Source: Trichodesmium erythraeum IMS101
GTDB lineage: Bacteria > Cyanobacteriota > Cyanobacteriia > Cyanobacteriales > Microcoleaceae
NCBI RefSeq assembly: GCF_000014265.1
Contig: NC_008312.1
Span: 7,680,001 to 7,712,000, forward strand
Length of the DNA: 32,000 nt
Direction of reading: 5' to 3'
The position numbers and the translations under genes are program-made. Position 1 is the first letter of the stretch, and each line of letters begins with the position of its first letter. Below the pieces are notes generated by a model. That model saw only the letters and a list, made by a program, of their open reading frames with translations. It had not been told where the DNA came from and ran no database searches. Shown here piece by piece: positions 10,775-20,905 of the stretch.

Positions 10775-11239
10775 TTTTATTTATATTCCTTAAAATCAAT
10801 ATATCATTAAGTTGTAACAAAAATTCATAACTTAATGCAAGGAATACGGAGCAAACAAATTCAGAATCTCAGAATAAAGAATCAGAGAAAGAGTAGAAAG
10901 CTTGCAAGCTAAGACCTATTCAAAATGTTTTTTAGGAAGTCAGATTTTCTAAGTTAGAAGTAATAAGGATTGTTTTCTTAATTGGCCATACAATATTCTA
11001 CGTGTTTTATGCTAAATCCGGTTTACTTATGAAATTTGTTAAAAGGGTAAGGCATTTATGCTTTCTGACATCAAGAAAAAGAGCTGGAAGGATTTGGACT
11101 AAATAGCTTTTCATGGGTTGGATTTGATATTAAATGCATAAAAGCTGATATGGTCTCCCAAAAAAATTACACCCGACCAGGTATTAATAATTCCCGACCG
11201 GGCACTACACTACATTTTATTTTAATACTGTTAATTACC

Positions 11240-11365
11240 TTACTGAACTTCTCCTTGTACCATTTCACGATACTTGTCAGCAGAGAAAACATCATCTCCA
11301 TCTAATTCATTAGGGTCTTTAACACACACTTTCAATAACCAACCTTATATGTATAGGTCTTCTTG
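11240..11365 (-). pseudogene. decayed duplicate of the 3' end of gcvH
   Basis: The minus strand reads [40 protein letters not shown], against authentic [39 protein letters not shown]. The 86-nt core has 7 mismatches by my hand alignment. One mismatch is an in-frame GAA to TAA change. Confidence 0.85.
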
Positions 11366-11369
11366 TTAA

Positions 11370-11765
11370 TTACTCTCCTTCTACAAGTTTACGATAATCA
11401 TCAGCAGAGTAAATATCATCTCCATTTAATTCATCAGGGTCTTTAACACGCACTTTCAATAACCAACCTTCTATGTATGGGTCTTCTGATAATTTCTCAT
11501 GCTCATCTAATATATCTTCATTACGCTCTATTACTGTACCAGTGACAGGAGCTTTAAGATCTTCCACTGCTTTCACAGATTCAATAGTGCCAAATGGTTC
11601 TTCTTTTTCTATACTGTCTCCCACTTCTGGAAGCTCGATAAATACAATATCCCCCAACTGGTCGATAGCATAGGCACTAATACCAACAGTGGCAATTTCC
11701 CCATCCATCCTCACATATTCATGGGAGTCAGAATATTTAAGGTCATCTGGAAATTCTAGTGTCAT
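11370..11765 (-). CDS. gcvH: glycine cleavage system H protein (lipoyl carrier)
   Basis: 131 aa. Lipoyl-lysine motif is [10 protein letters not shown]. The N-terminus ..YSDSHEYVR.. is typical of GcvH. Confidence 0.95.
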
Positions 11766-11879
11766 TTATATTCCTCACTACTCACTACAATAATATGAAT
11801 TATGCCAGTCAGATCAAGACTGGACTTGGATTAAAAATTATTCCATAAAGAATAATATAAGGTAAACATCTATATTTTT

Positions 11880-12713
11880 ATGGACAAGAATGATATTATA
11901 AGACTACTAATAGGAAAATTCTCCATTCTTAGGTTAATTCTATCTATCTTAATTATTTATATCCTGATTGGTTTGTGGGCTTTCTTTTTCTCAGATCGGT
12001 TAATTTTTTTACCTCGCCCATCTAGTTACCAAAAAAACCAGGATTTTGTCAAGCTTCAGTCTAGAGATAGAACCCAAATTACAGGAATTTATTTACCATT
12101 ACCTAAAGCAGAATATACAATTCTCTACAGTCATGGCAATGCCGAAGACTTGGGGGAAATTTTACCCAGATTAAGAGATTTGCGCGATATTGGCTTTAGT
12201 ATATTTTCTTATGATTATCAGGGTTATGGTACAAGTCAGGGAAAACCTTCAGTCGATGGAGCTTATCAGGATATTAATGCTGCTTATGAATATTTAACCA
12301 AAAAATTAGGGATACCTGCCAATAAAATTATTGTTTATGGACGTTCAGTGGGTGGGGGGCCTTCTATAGATTTGGCATCCCGTCAACCTGTAGCTGGTTT
12401 GGTAATAGAAAGTTCATTTACAACCGCCTTTCGGGTAGTGACTCGTATCCCTATTTATCCCTTTGACAGATTTCCCAATATTGACAAGATTAAAAGTATT
12501 AATTGTCCGGTGTTGGTAATGCATGGAAATGCTGACCAAGTAATTCCTTTTTCTCACGGACAGCAACTTTTTGCTATAGCTAATCAACCCAAGCTTTCTT
12601 TATGGGTTGATGGTGCTGGTCATCTTAATTTATTAGAAATAGCAGGTCAGAAATATGTAAAGGTTATGGGTGAGTTTATTAGGTTAGTACAAAATAATAA
12701 TCAAAATTATTAA
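11880..12713 (+). CDS. alpha/beta-fold hydrolase with N-terminal membrane anchor
   Basis: Nucleophile elbow GRSVGG (G-x-S-x-G), HGNAED, and a C-terminal HG..D/GAGH. N-terminal TM segment is ILRLILSILIIYILIGLWAFFF. Confidence 0.8.
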   Translation: MDKNDIIRLLIGKFSILRLILSILIIYILIGLWAFFFSDRLIFLPRPSSYQKNQDFVKLQSRDRTQITGIYLPLPKAEYTILYSHGNAEDLGEILPRLRDLRDIGFSIFSYDYQGYGTSQGKPSVDGAYQDINAAYEYLTKKLGIPANKIIVYGRSVGGGPSIDLASRQPVAGLVIESSFTTAFRVVTRIPIYPFDRFPNIDKIKSINCPVLVMHGNADQVIPFSHGQQLFAIANQPKLSLWVDGAGHLNLLEIAGQKYVKVMGEFIRLVQNNNQNY

Positions 12714-12989
12714 TTAAGTTTTAGTTATTAATATTACCTTCAGATAATTAGTTATAAGGGTTTGGATACTAAACTTCTACCGTCACAAAGTGCCATGGCT
12801 ATATCTCTACTAAAATTAGTATAATGGCACATATTTTGATCAAAACAATAAGGCAAAATATTTTTTGAGAGTTACTCTAATTCCTGTAACAAAAACAATT
12901 CTATAAATATCCAATTCGACAGCTCCCATATCTGAATTATGACTTTGTTAATTAGAAGTTGGGTATACCTTACGTTTAATATTTGTTTG

Positions 12990-13802
12990 CTATATATTTT
13001 CCTTTTCCTTTTCCATTTTCAATTGTGATTTAGCCTTTTGCCACATTTGTTCAAACTCCGCCAGACTATACTCCGAAATAGGACGATCACAGATAGCCTC
13101 AAGCTTTGCTAACCGTTTCAAAAACCGGTAATTCGTTCCTTGTAATGCCTGTTCTAGGTTTAAATCATACCACCGTGCCAACTGTACCAAAACAAATAAA
13201 ATATCACCCATTTCTGCTTCTTGATGTTCCTTATCTTCTGACTTTAAAGCTTCTTCAAACTCCCCTAACTCTTCGTGAAACTTCTGCCAAACTCCATCAA
13301 TATTTTCCCACTCCAAACCAACAGCAGCCGCTTTTTTAGAAATCTTCATTGCGGCTAAAAGTGGAGGTAACTGTCGAGTATATCTGCTTAACTTTTTACT
13401 TAGGAAATCATTAGTTTCTTGCATTTCTGCAGCCTTAATTTTTTCCCAGTTTTGCTTAACTTCTTCTGTGCTATTTACTTTCACATCTCCAAATACATGA
13501 GGATGTCTTCTAATCATTTTTTGATTAATGTTTTCAGCAACTTCAGCTAAAGTAAAATCATTAGCTTCACTAGCTATTTGTGCTTGTAAAAATACCTGTA
13601 ATAATAAATCTCCCAATTCATCAACTATCGCTTTTTTTTGCCCACTTTTAATAGCATGTACAACTTCATAAGCCTCTTCAATAATATAAGGAGTTAAGGT
13701 TTCAGGAGTTTGAGCTAAATCCCATGGGCAACCCCCATCTGGAGAACGTAATTTAGCTACTATTTCTATTAGTTCTTGTAATGCAGATAATGTATGATTC
13801 AT
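12990..13802 (-). CDS. mazG: nucleoside triphosphate pyrophosphohydrolase MazG
   Basis: Tandem MazG domains are present (IIEEAYEVVHAI..ELGDLLLQV and HEELGEFEEAL..EMGDILFVLVQLARW). I prefer the start at MNHTLSALQEL (13802) over the tracked 13859, because the extra 19 residues are Cys/His-rich and atypical. Confidence 0.85.
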   Translation of the reverse strand: MNHTLSALQELIEIVAKLRSPDGGCPWDLAQTPETLTPYIIEEAYEVVHAIKSGQKKAIVDELGDLLLQVFLQAQIASEANDFTLAEVAENINQKMIRRHPHVFGDVKVNSTEEVKQNWEKIKAAEMQETNDFLSKKLSRYTRQLPPLLAAMKISKKAAAVGLEWENIDGVWQKFHEELGEFEEALKSEDKEHQEAEMGDILFVLVQLARWYDLNLEQALQGTNYRFLKRLAKLEAICDRPISEYSLAEFEQMWQKAKSQLKMEKEKENI

Positions 13803-14968
13803 AATATTAGAATGATGATTTTTTTTACTACAGCAATTCCCTATTTTGATGAAGCACAATTATTGATAGTTTTAGGGAGTAGGAAAGATAGGGGTTAAAG
13901 CCTCTCATAGGATATATTTTTTACTTTCTTACTATGGCTAGAATTAGAAAACAAGGAGGACTTTGTAACAAAAGATAAAACAGCAATTATGCAATATAAT
14001 ATTCATAATCTTCTTTATATTCAAGTTTGTGCCAAGCCAGGCAAAAACTGAGATATAAAAAGGATCAACTTTATCTGTTAAAATTATTTCTCTAGTATTA
14101 GAAACTATCTGTGAGGTCTATAAAAATTGTCATAGCTATCGTTTTATCCTTTTGTGAAGTTTTAATTCTCCAAGTTTGTGCTTCTGTTTTTAACTTTCCT
14201 CCCTTGTATCTTTTTTCTTACCTATCATTTTTATAAAAAAACTACCCTTGTAAGATTTAAAAGAGGAAGCTTGACCCCTAATTTTTTGCTAAATATTAAT
14301 AATTACTGATTAATAAAATTGATATTACTATTCTATCTAATATATTAGATATGCGATAGAATTAAAATAATTATGCTCCTCTTTTTATTCCCTTTCCTGT
14401 CTGAATCAGAAGGATGCAAGAATATTAATTTTCTTTAGCTTAAAATATAAAAAATATAATAAATAAAAAATATTAGTTATTATAATTATTGATTTTGTTT
14501 CTGATAATTATCCTATGGGTGTAATAGGATAAATAGAAATCATAATTTAATTTCTTCCTAGAGATGAAAGCAAATTATTCATTTATTAGATGTGCCTCTT
14601 GATACTACAAGGCCAGGAACTTTTTTTGATATATTTGCTTTGATATATCTGTTTTGGTTTGTCGCTATGGTATTTAAGTGTTTTAACAAAAAATTGGCGT
14701 TGAGCAAAAGTAATGATCAACGTTGTAAAATTCAAAACATGAAATATCCAAAATATAACTCCACCTAAACAAGGAGAAATGGCCGTATACTTGGCCGACA
14801 GTGTTTTAAATTTTGAATTTGTGGTCATAAATTTGTTGAATACCCTAAGAGTCAACTCTGTTCACCACAGATAAAAGAACTATATCTACATATTTATCTT
14901 AATGGCGTGGGTTGACGAGCTATCCAAATATTAACAGAGGTTCATTATACAACCATCATCAAATAGAT

Positions 14969-16099
14969 TAGATCTTTCCAAAATAAAAATCAAGGTAAAA
15001 TTTTAGTGGCAAATTATATATACTCTGTTTCCAAATGAATAATGTATCAGAATATATTTATAACCATCCAAAATAAACAAAAAGAATTATTGGTATTATA
15101 GATGAACAGCTAATAAAATTAATAGAAAACCCTCAAAAAGTTGAAAAAAAAAGACAGGCGATAACCAGCTAAGAAAAAAGTTTAATCAAGGCAGGAGGAG
15201 GAAGAAAAAAGTTTTTAAGCAAGACAAAAGAGATAATGTTGAGCTTATATTATTTGCATCATGTAGCAATATTTCAGCGACTAGGAGCAATATTTGGAGT
15301 TAGCTCATCAACAGCAAATAATATTTTTCAGGCTTTGGATAGATATTTTGAGGGAATTATTACCATCTAGTTTACTAGAGGAATTCTCGGGACAAGAAAA
15401 CGAATATTTATGGATAAAAGAGGTTTTGACAGAAATAGAATTGATATTTGATACTACAGGGCAGGATAGGGAAAAGCAAAAAAAATGATGATAAACAGAA
15501 AAAGTATTATTCAGAAAAGCCAAAAATTGATAGGTTTAAAAATCAAATAGTAATCATAGAAAAGGCAGAAAAAATAGTAGGTTTAATAGTAGGAGAAAGA
15601 GGTGCAGAAAGTGATATAAAGTTATTGAAAAAAACAAAAAAAAGTTGAATATAGAACAAATATTTCAAGGGAATAATGGCTATTAAGGTGGTCAAAATAT
15701 TAACATGCTAAATAAAAAAAATAATCTATAAAATATCATAATAAGTAAAGAAAGAGAATAAAAAAAACTAGAATAATAATATTTATAGAATAGATAATAA
15801 TACTGATAAAAATATTTATAGTAGCACGATAAAGATTGAGATTGAAAGAGAGTAATTATGAAAAAGTAATTTTAAAAATATGTGGATTAGTAAAATTAAG
15901 AAGAGGAGGATTAATATTATTATAAATCATAAATTTTGCTCTTGAAAAAGCAATAAAAAACTAGATAAAAATGGTAAATAACTAATAGTAACTATCTGTA
16001 ATGCTATAAAGCCAGTAAAAAATGACTATCTGGTGGAGCTGGCGATCGCTCCCCAAAAAATAGTTAGAGTAAATGCTTGATAATTTTTGGAGATGTCTA
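14969..16099 (+). mobile_element. heavily decayed IS with DDE_Tnp_4 (Harbinger/PIF-like, IS5-superfamily) transposase pseudogene
   Basis: Broken reading includes ..MLSLYYLHHVAIFQRLGAIFGVSSSTANNIFQALDRYF.., ..LPSSLLEEF..EYLWIKEVLTEIELIFDTTGQ.., QKKYYSEKPKIDRFKNQIVII.., IVGLIVGERGAESDIKLL and C-terminal RLRLKESNYEKVILKICGLVKLRRGG. It carries many stops and A-runs. Ends are tagatctttccaaaat (14969..14984) and atttttggagatgtcta (16083..16099), which are imperfect inverted repeats. Confidence 0.65.
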
Positions 16100-16834
16100 T
16101 TAAAGATGTAGGTATAAAACTACTAGATGCCCCAAACAACAAGAGATATCTGAAATCACTAAAATTGATCAGTTACAAACTTTTTAAGGCCACAAGAAAC
16201 ACAAGGTTGGGATTTGGGCAGTAGTCAATCATTGGAGGCCAGGAATCTTGTTGTGGGTCATAAGCGCTTTGCTGACATCACGCTACCGCATTTCATGTCG
16301 CTCCACCAAGCCCAGCAGAAAAAAATTTAATATTTGTGGTTAATAATAATAATTACTTGCTGCCATAGCTTTTAGTATGTCGGTGATGTTTATTTTGTAT
16401 AACCTTGTTTTATTGCTTGAGAGTATCGCCTACTCACTAAAAATTATATGGCCAGGGTGGAAGGGAAAAATGTTCGACTCCGAGATTATTGGGCTTGCCA
16501 TCCCATACAAAACCCTTTGCTGCTTTAAGTCTTTTGAAATACTTAAATATTCTATTCGTCTTCTGCTGCACTATCTAAAATTTTATACTCTTCCTAGATA
16601 AGCATAGATAATTACTAATCGGCATCGCCAAAAAATTGGGTTTAAAGCCTCAGCTAAAATTTTTGGACTATTTGATTATAATCTATATAGCATATAAAAA
16701 AAAGTGTTTGGACACTGATTAAATTAAAATTATTTACTGCCAAGAATTTTCACTAGAACTGATAACTAAATGTTATACTATATAAAGATACTTTTAACTG
16801 AACTTAATTAACAATACATATATACTTTGTTACC

Positions 16835-17701
16835 GTGCCACATCAAAATTTATTAGTTTGTTTATTAATCACCCTAGGTATGTGGGGTACTACTCTTAAA
16901 CCTGTTCAGGGGCAGGCATTAGTTCCTCATGTATTACAACTAGACTCTGCCCAACTAGAGCAGACGGGTTTAGGATTAGCCGAAGAAGCTTTACAATTAG
17001 CAAGATTTCAACAGTTTGATTTAGCTTTATCTAGAGCTGAACTTGCTACTGAATTAGCTCCCAATAATCAACGAAATTGGGAACTATTAGGTGGTCTTTA
17101 TATTAAGGCTGAAAAGTTAGAAGAAAGCATTTATGCTCTGAAAAGAGCTCAAGAACTAAACCCAAGTCCTGATGTTCACTTTATTCTTGGTAGAGTTTAT
17201 TTTGAAAAATCTGATTATAAAAATGCTATCGAAGAATTAAGAAAAGGTTTAAAATTTAAACCAGAGAACTCTGAAGCTTTATTTAATTTGGGTAATGCTT
17301 ATTATAAGCATGGTAAATTTAAAAGAGCAATTACACAATACGAACAAGCTTATGACCTAGAAAAAAAAGAATGGCCTGCAATGGCCGCAATTAATAATAT
17401 TGGTTTAGTTCAATATGAGATGGGAAAAGTAGATGATGCCATAGCAAAATGGCGTCAAGCTATTTCTATTGAAAGTGAAGCAGCAGAACCACTTTTAGCA
17501 ATAGCAGTAGCTCTTTACGCTCAAGGGGATAAAGAACAAAGTCTGGCAAAGGGAGAAGAAGCCCTGCTATTAGATAGCAGATATGCAGACATTGACTATC
17601 TTGAGGGACAGTTGTGGGGTAAACGCTTAATTGAAGATGCGAAAATATTTCTTGCAACTCCTCGTATTCAAAAAACCCTAGCTAAAATAGAAGAAGATTG
17701 A
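16835..17701 (+). CDS. TPR-repeat protein with N-terminal signal peptide
   Basis: 288 aa with a GTG start. It has several 34-residue TPR units (e.g. ALFNLGNAYYKHGKFKRAITQYEQAYDL) and a hydrophobic N-terminus LLVCLLITLGMWG. Confidence 0.8.
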   Translation: MPHQNLLVCLLITLGMWGTTLKPVQGQALVPHVLQLDSAQLEQTGLGLAEEALQLARFQQFDLALSRAELATELAPNNQRNWELLGGLYIKAEKLEESIYALKRAQELNPSPDVHFILGRVYFEKSDYKNAIEELRKGLKFKPENSEALFNLGNAYYKHGKFKRAITQYEQAYDLEKKEWPAMAAINNIGLVQYEMGKVDDAIAKWRQAISIESEAAEPLLAIAVALYAQGDKEQSLAKGEEALLLDSRYADIDYLEGQLWGKRLIEDAKIFLATPRIQKTLAKIEED

Positions 17702-18674
17702 CCATTGTCTCCCTAGGTTTCTCCTTGCTTTAAATTCCCTAACTTTTCGAGTTAGAAATTAGGTTTGGGGTAAAGTAAGCGATCGCAACTTATGTCCATA
17801 GCCAAAATCAATAGAATAGAATGTTTTCAAGCTCACAGTTGAATTTAAAATAGTCTAGCAGTAGTACTTATGCAAGTTTGGCGTAGTTAACGTTGATCCT
17901 ACAGTATACACCAACCAACATAAACCCATAGTTAACCCCAAAGTTTCAATTCTATGGGGTAATTCAAGAAAGACACTGTTCATTAAAATGGGGGGTCAAA
18001 AAAAACCTAAAGTCTCTTTCTACAATTACCAGCAGTACAATGGTTACCAGGAAATATCTCATTACTTCTCAAAAATGGTTGCGCTTATTAATGGGAGCCT
18101 TTTACCGCTTAATTTATCTGAATATTTTTATTCATTGCAGAATTGATACCCACCAATTTTACCCGTGGTTATTTTATATATTCTGTCATTTGTACTCAGA
18201 GAGTTTTTAAGTTATCTGAAGGTAATATTTATTCTCCGACAAAATATGGACAAATAAGAGCAAATTTTTGTTTTTGGGATCAACTATTATATCTTTCTAA
18301 TTTCATCCAAAAAGCATCGGGAGATTTCTTTACTCCTATAGAAATAATTAATTCTGTACTATAAATAAAAGTTAAATTTGTATCATCAAATTCAGACTAA
18401 ACTCATAACTGACGACATAAATTAAGTTTTCTATTTCCTCTTTCTAAACCAGTGGGAAACATAATATTAATAATCTTTCATATTTGTTAGTCTCTATATG
18501 TAAGTATTGATGAATTTCACAGAATAAAAAAAAATCCTCTATAATTTTTAAATATGGAAGCATTTATAAAATCATCAGTTTTTCTAGCTTATGTTCCTCT
18601 TAAAAAAAATTAAGAATTGATAATTTTAGTCAAACTATTAATCCTTAATTCAATGTATTTATTTATTTATTGAT

Positions 18675-19313
18675 TTACTTATTAGGTTGAGGAGTCATTC
18701 GCAAATATGGCTTAACTTCTGTGTAGCCCTTGGGGAATTTTTCTTTCAATACTTCGGGGTCTTTTAGAGAAGGAACAATTACACAATCATCTCCATCTTT
18801 CCAATCTACAGGAGTAGCAACTTGATGATTATCCGTTAGTTGTAAAGAGTCAATTACCCTGAGAATTTCATTAAAGTTACGACCTGTACTTGCTGGATAA
18901 GTAAAAGTAAGACGAAGTTTCTTTTCAGAGTCGATAATAAAAACACTACGAATTGTTAGGTTATTTAAAGAGTTCGGATGAATCATATCGTATAGGTCAG
19001 AAACCTTTTTATCTACATCTGCTAAAATAGGGTAATTAACAGTTGTTTTTTGAGTTTCATTGATGTCTCCAACCCAGCCTTTATGAGATTCTGCGTCATC
19101 TACACTTAGGGCAATGACTTTGACTCCACGCTTGTCAAATTCTGGTTTTAGTCTGGCAACTGCCCCTAATTCTGTTGTGCAAACTGGAGTAAAGTCAGCA
19201 GGGTGAGAAAAAAGCACTACCCAACTATCGCCTGCCCAGTCGTAAAAGCTAATTTGTCCTTCGGAGGAATCTTGAGTAAAGTCAGGTACTTTGTCACCTA
19301 GTCTTAAAGTCAT
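18675..19313 (-). CDS. 1-Cys peroxiredoxin (Prx6-type)
   Basis: Motif HPADFTPVCTTELG with a typical N-terminus MTLRLGDKVPDF. I chose the start at 19313 rather than the tracked 19346, which adds 11 atypical residues. Confidence 0.9.
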   Translation of the reverse strand: MTLRLGDKVPDFTQDSSEGQISFYDWAGDSWVVLFSHPADFTPVCTTELGAVARLKPEFDKRGVKVIALSVDDAESHKGWVGDINETQKTTVNYPILADVDKKVSDLYDMIHPNSLNNLTIRSVFIIDSEKKLRLTFTYPASTGRNFNEILRVIDSLQLTDNHQVATPVDWKDGDDCVIVPSLKDPEVLKEKFPKGYTEVKPYLRMTPQPNK

Positions 19314-19617
19314 AGCCGAATGTCCTATCTTGTTTAGAATTAGCAATTCTATATAGTTTCATTTTTTAAGGATTTAAGCTTTTAACTTTAGATATTCTTA
19401 AAAATTAAGATTAAAATTGTAATTGGCAATCTCAGGGATGCTCTTATCTAAACTAAGGAAAATATTTTGATATGTATATCCCAGGGACTTGAGAATTATT
19501 AGGACGGAAATAATTAGGGCTGGGGAATATCAGAGTAATGACAGAGGATAGTATATTTTTGATAATTTATTTGGATATTTATATTATAGCCTTTGGGTAC
19601 ATCCTGACCTACTAATA

Positions 19618-20440
19618 ATGAGTCAAGAAAAATTAAAGTCTTTGAGATTAATGTAAAAAGTGGTGAGCCAATAACGCACACTCAAAAAATCTCAATTATT
19701 AACAATTTTGCCTGTTTTAACTTTATACCAAATACTACAATTATTACCCCACAAAATTTGAGCTGGAGTAACTTATATTTTTTGATGATAATCAGTCCCC
19801 ACATCTAAATATTTATATGACTTTTTATGCATTATTTGGATAGAAGAAAGAATGTAATTAACTTGACATTAAATCATAAAAATAATTGACTGATCACCTA
19901 TATTTATATTTGACTTATAAAGCAAAAAAACTAGAAAATTGGGTGACCATCATGGCTTTATATACTAATCATCCATCTTGCCATTTTTCTTTGATAAATT
20001 GATTGCTTAAACTAAAAATTTTAATTGAGGATAACAGAGTTCTATTAAATCCTATAGAAAATATTCAAGTATCCACAGTATATTTCCCAACATCTTTGGT
20101 AATAACTTTGTTTTCAGAGATTTATTAACCAATTATCTAAGGAATTTAATGACATTATCAATTTTCTTCAGCTTGAGAATGGGAGTTTTCATAAAAACTT
20201 AGATTTCAAGGAATTCATCTAACCAATATTTTAACCTCCTAATAGTCCTGAACTTAAGCCAATTGAGGGTTTTTGGTAACAATAAAAGCAGGAGTTACAA
20301 TTTGGGTTAATTGCCAAAATATTCAACAACTACAGCAAAAAGTTTCGGAGATTAACCTTAAAACTGACGAGTTAACGTTGGCATCTTTGACTAAATGGGA
20401 TTATCTAATAGAAGCAATATTAAGGGTAACTTCTTCATAG
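19618..20440 (+). pseudogene. IS630-family transposase remnant
   Basis: C-terminal reading ENGSFHKNLDFKEF.*..PPNSPELKPIEGFW*QIKAG... resembles the family pattern DNGSFHK...LPPYSPELNPIE.FW. Upstream fragments include IFFDDNQS. There are multiple stops and frameshifts. The 3' end is followed by a 22-bp direct repeat cttcata(g/a)agaattggtat(t/g)ag at 20433..20454 and 20508..20529. Confidence 0.55.
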
Positions 20441-20905
20441 AGAATTGGTATTAGTGATTCCTCTATGATTTTTTTTATTATATATTATTAACTTATATTA
20501 GGCGCAGCTTCATAAAGAATTGGTATGAGGCGTAACAGGCCACATTAACTCGCGACGAGGCGATCGATGTTTTGAGCGAATGGCTAGAGAATTTTCTCAA
20601 TATTGCCGAGGTAGCCCTAGCTGTTCACCTGCAGTTGTTGGAAGCTTTGGGGGTTGTGCTTCTCTCTTAGTCTAGTCGCTGGGTTGGATACAAACTGCTT
20701 TTGAGGGGCGATCGCTTTTTTCCTTCTGGAGATGTTAGAAGAGCGATCGCTCTTTTTAACAGCTATCGGCTGCGAATAGTTTTGTCCCAGAGCTTGCAAG
20801 CTTTTTTTTATCAAGCAAGTTGCAGAAGATAAGTATCAATGGCACAAGCGATCGCTTATAAAAGTGATCGTCTTTGCTGGCTATAACCTAAAAGTAAAGC
20901 CTAAG

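Noticed and set aside
10775-10900. NtcA-type GTA-N8-TAC sites upstream of gcvP, gcvH, cpcB and other genes
   Set aside because: Manual scanning of the intergenic regions found no exact GTAN8TAC with a suitably spaced -10 box.
10896-10907. 12-bp palindrome AGCTTGCAAGCT occurring twice (also at about 20789..20800)
   Set aside because: Repeated 12-mers are expected by chance in 32 kb of biased sequence, on a rough pair-count estimate of tens. There is no extended flanking similarity.
11473-11673. Other antisense or overlapping ORFs in the track: 11473..11673 (in gcvH), 13106..13339 (mazG), 17466..17657 (TPR), 28221..28403 (cpcE), 28903..29226 (cpcA), 30492..30746 and 30748..30933 (pebB), 2899..3162 (across the ybeY start)
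   Set aside because: Each lies opposite a confidently identified gene and has no recognisable family features.
11805-11823. ccagtc-agatcaa-gactgg hairpin or palindrome in the gcvH/hydrolase divergent promoter region, considered as glycine riboswitch or operator
   Set aside because: It is only a 6-bp stem. No glycine-riboswitch core is visible. It is too short to distinguish from chance.
14330-14362. AT-rich palindromes (attctatc..gatagaat with inner tctaatatattaga; also ttatccta..taggataa at about 14510-14535)
   Set aside because: Such palindromes arise frequently in very AT-rich low-complexity DNA. There is no associated gene or repeat family.
15294-15648. ORFs 15294..15488, 15308..15523 and 15448..15648 as independent genes
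   Set aside because: They are frame fragments, or antisense, of the decayed DDE_Tnp_4 transposase. The sequence is A-run rich and interrupted.
16030-16312. 9-bp inverted repeat tggtggagc / gctccacca about 270 nt apart with ..CUCCACCA-like ends (considered as tmRNA, RNase P RNA or 6S RNA)
   Set aside because: None of the conserved cores I remember is present: the tmRNA 5' GGGGCUG plus T-loop, the RNase P GGAAAGUCCGGGCUCC, or the SRP AGGUCAGGUCCGGAAGGAAGCAGCC. One arm is inside the fossil IS and the other is outside, so the pairing is probably coincidental.
16461-16480. tRNA T-arm-like gttcgactccgag
   Set aside because: There is no complementary 5' T-stem, no acceptor stem and no anticodon arm around it. 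I found no canonical GGTTCGAATCC-type T-loop context on either strand anywhere in the window.
16377-16601. 74-aa ORF as a gene
   Set aside because: It is low-complexity and hydrophobic, has no SD and no family features, and sits in decayed DNA next to the IS. ORFs 14586..14855, 18143..18364, 20617..20814 and 22640..22900 were rejected for the same reasons.
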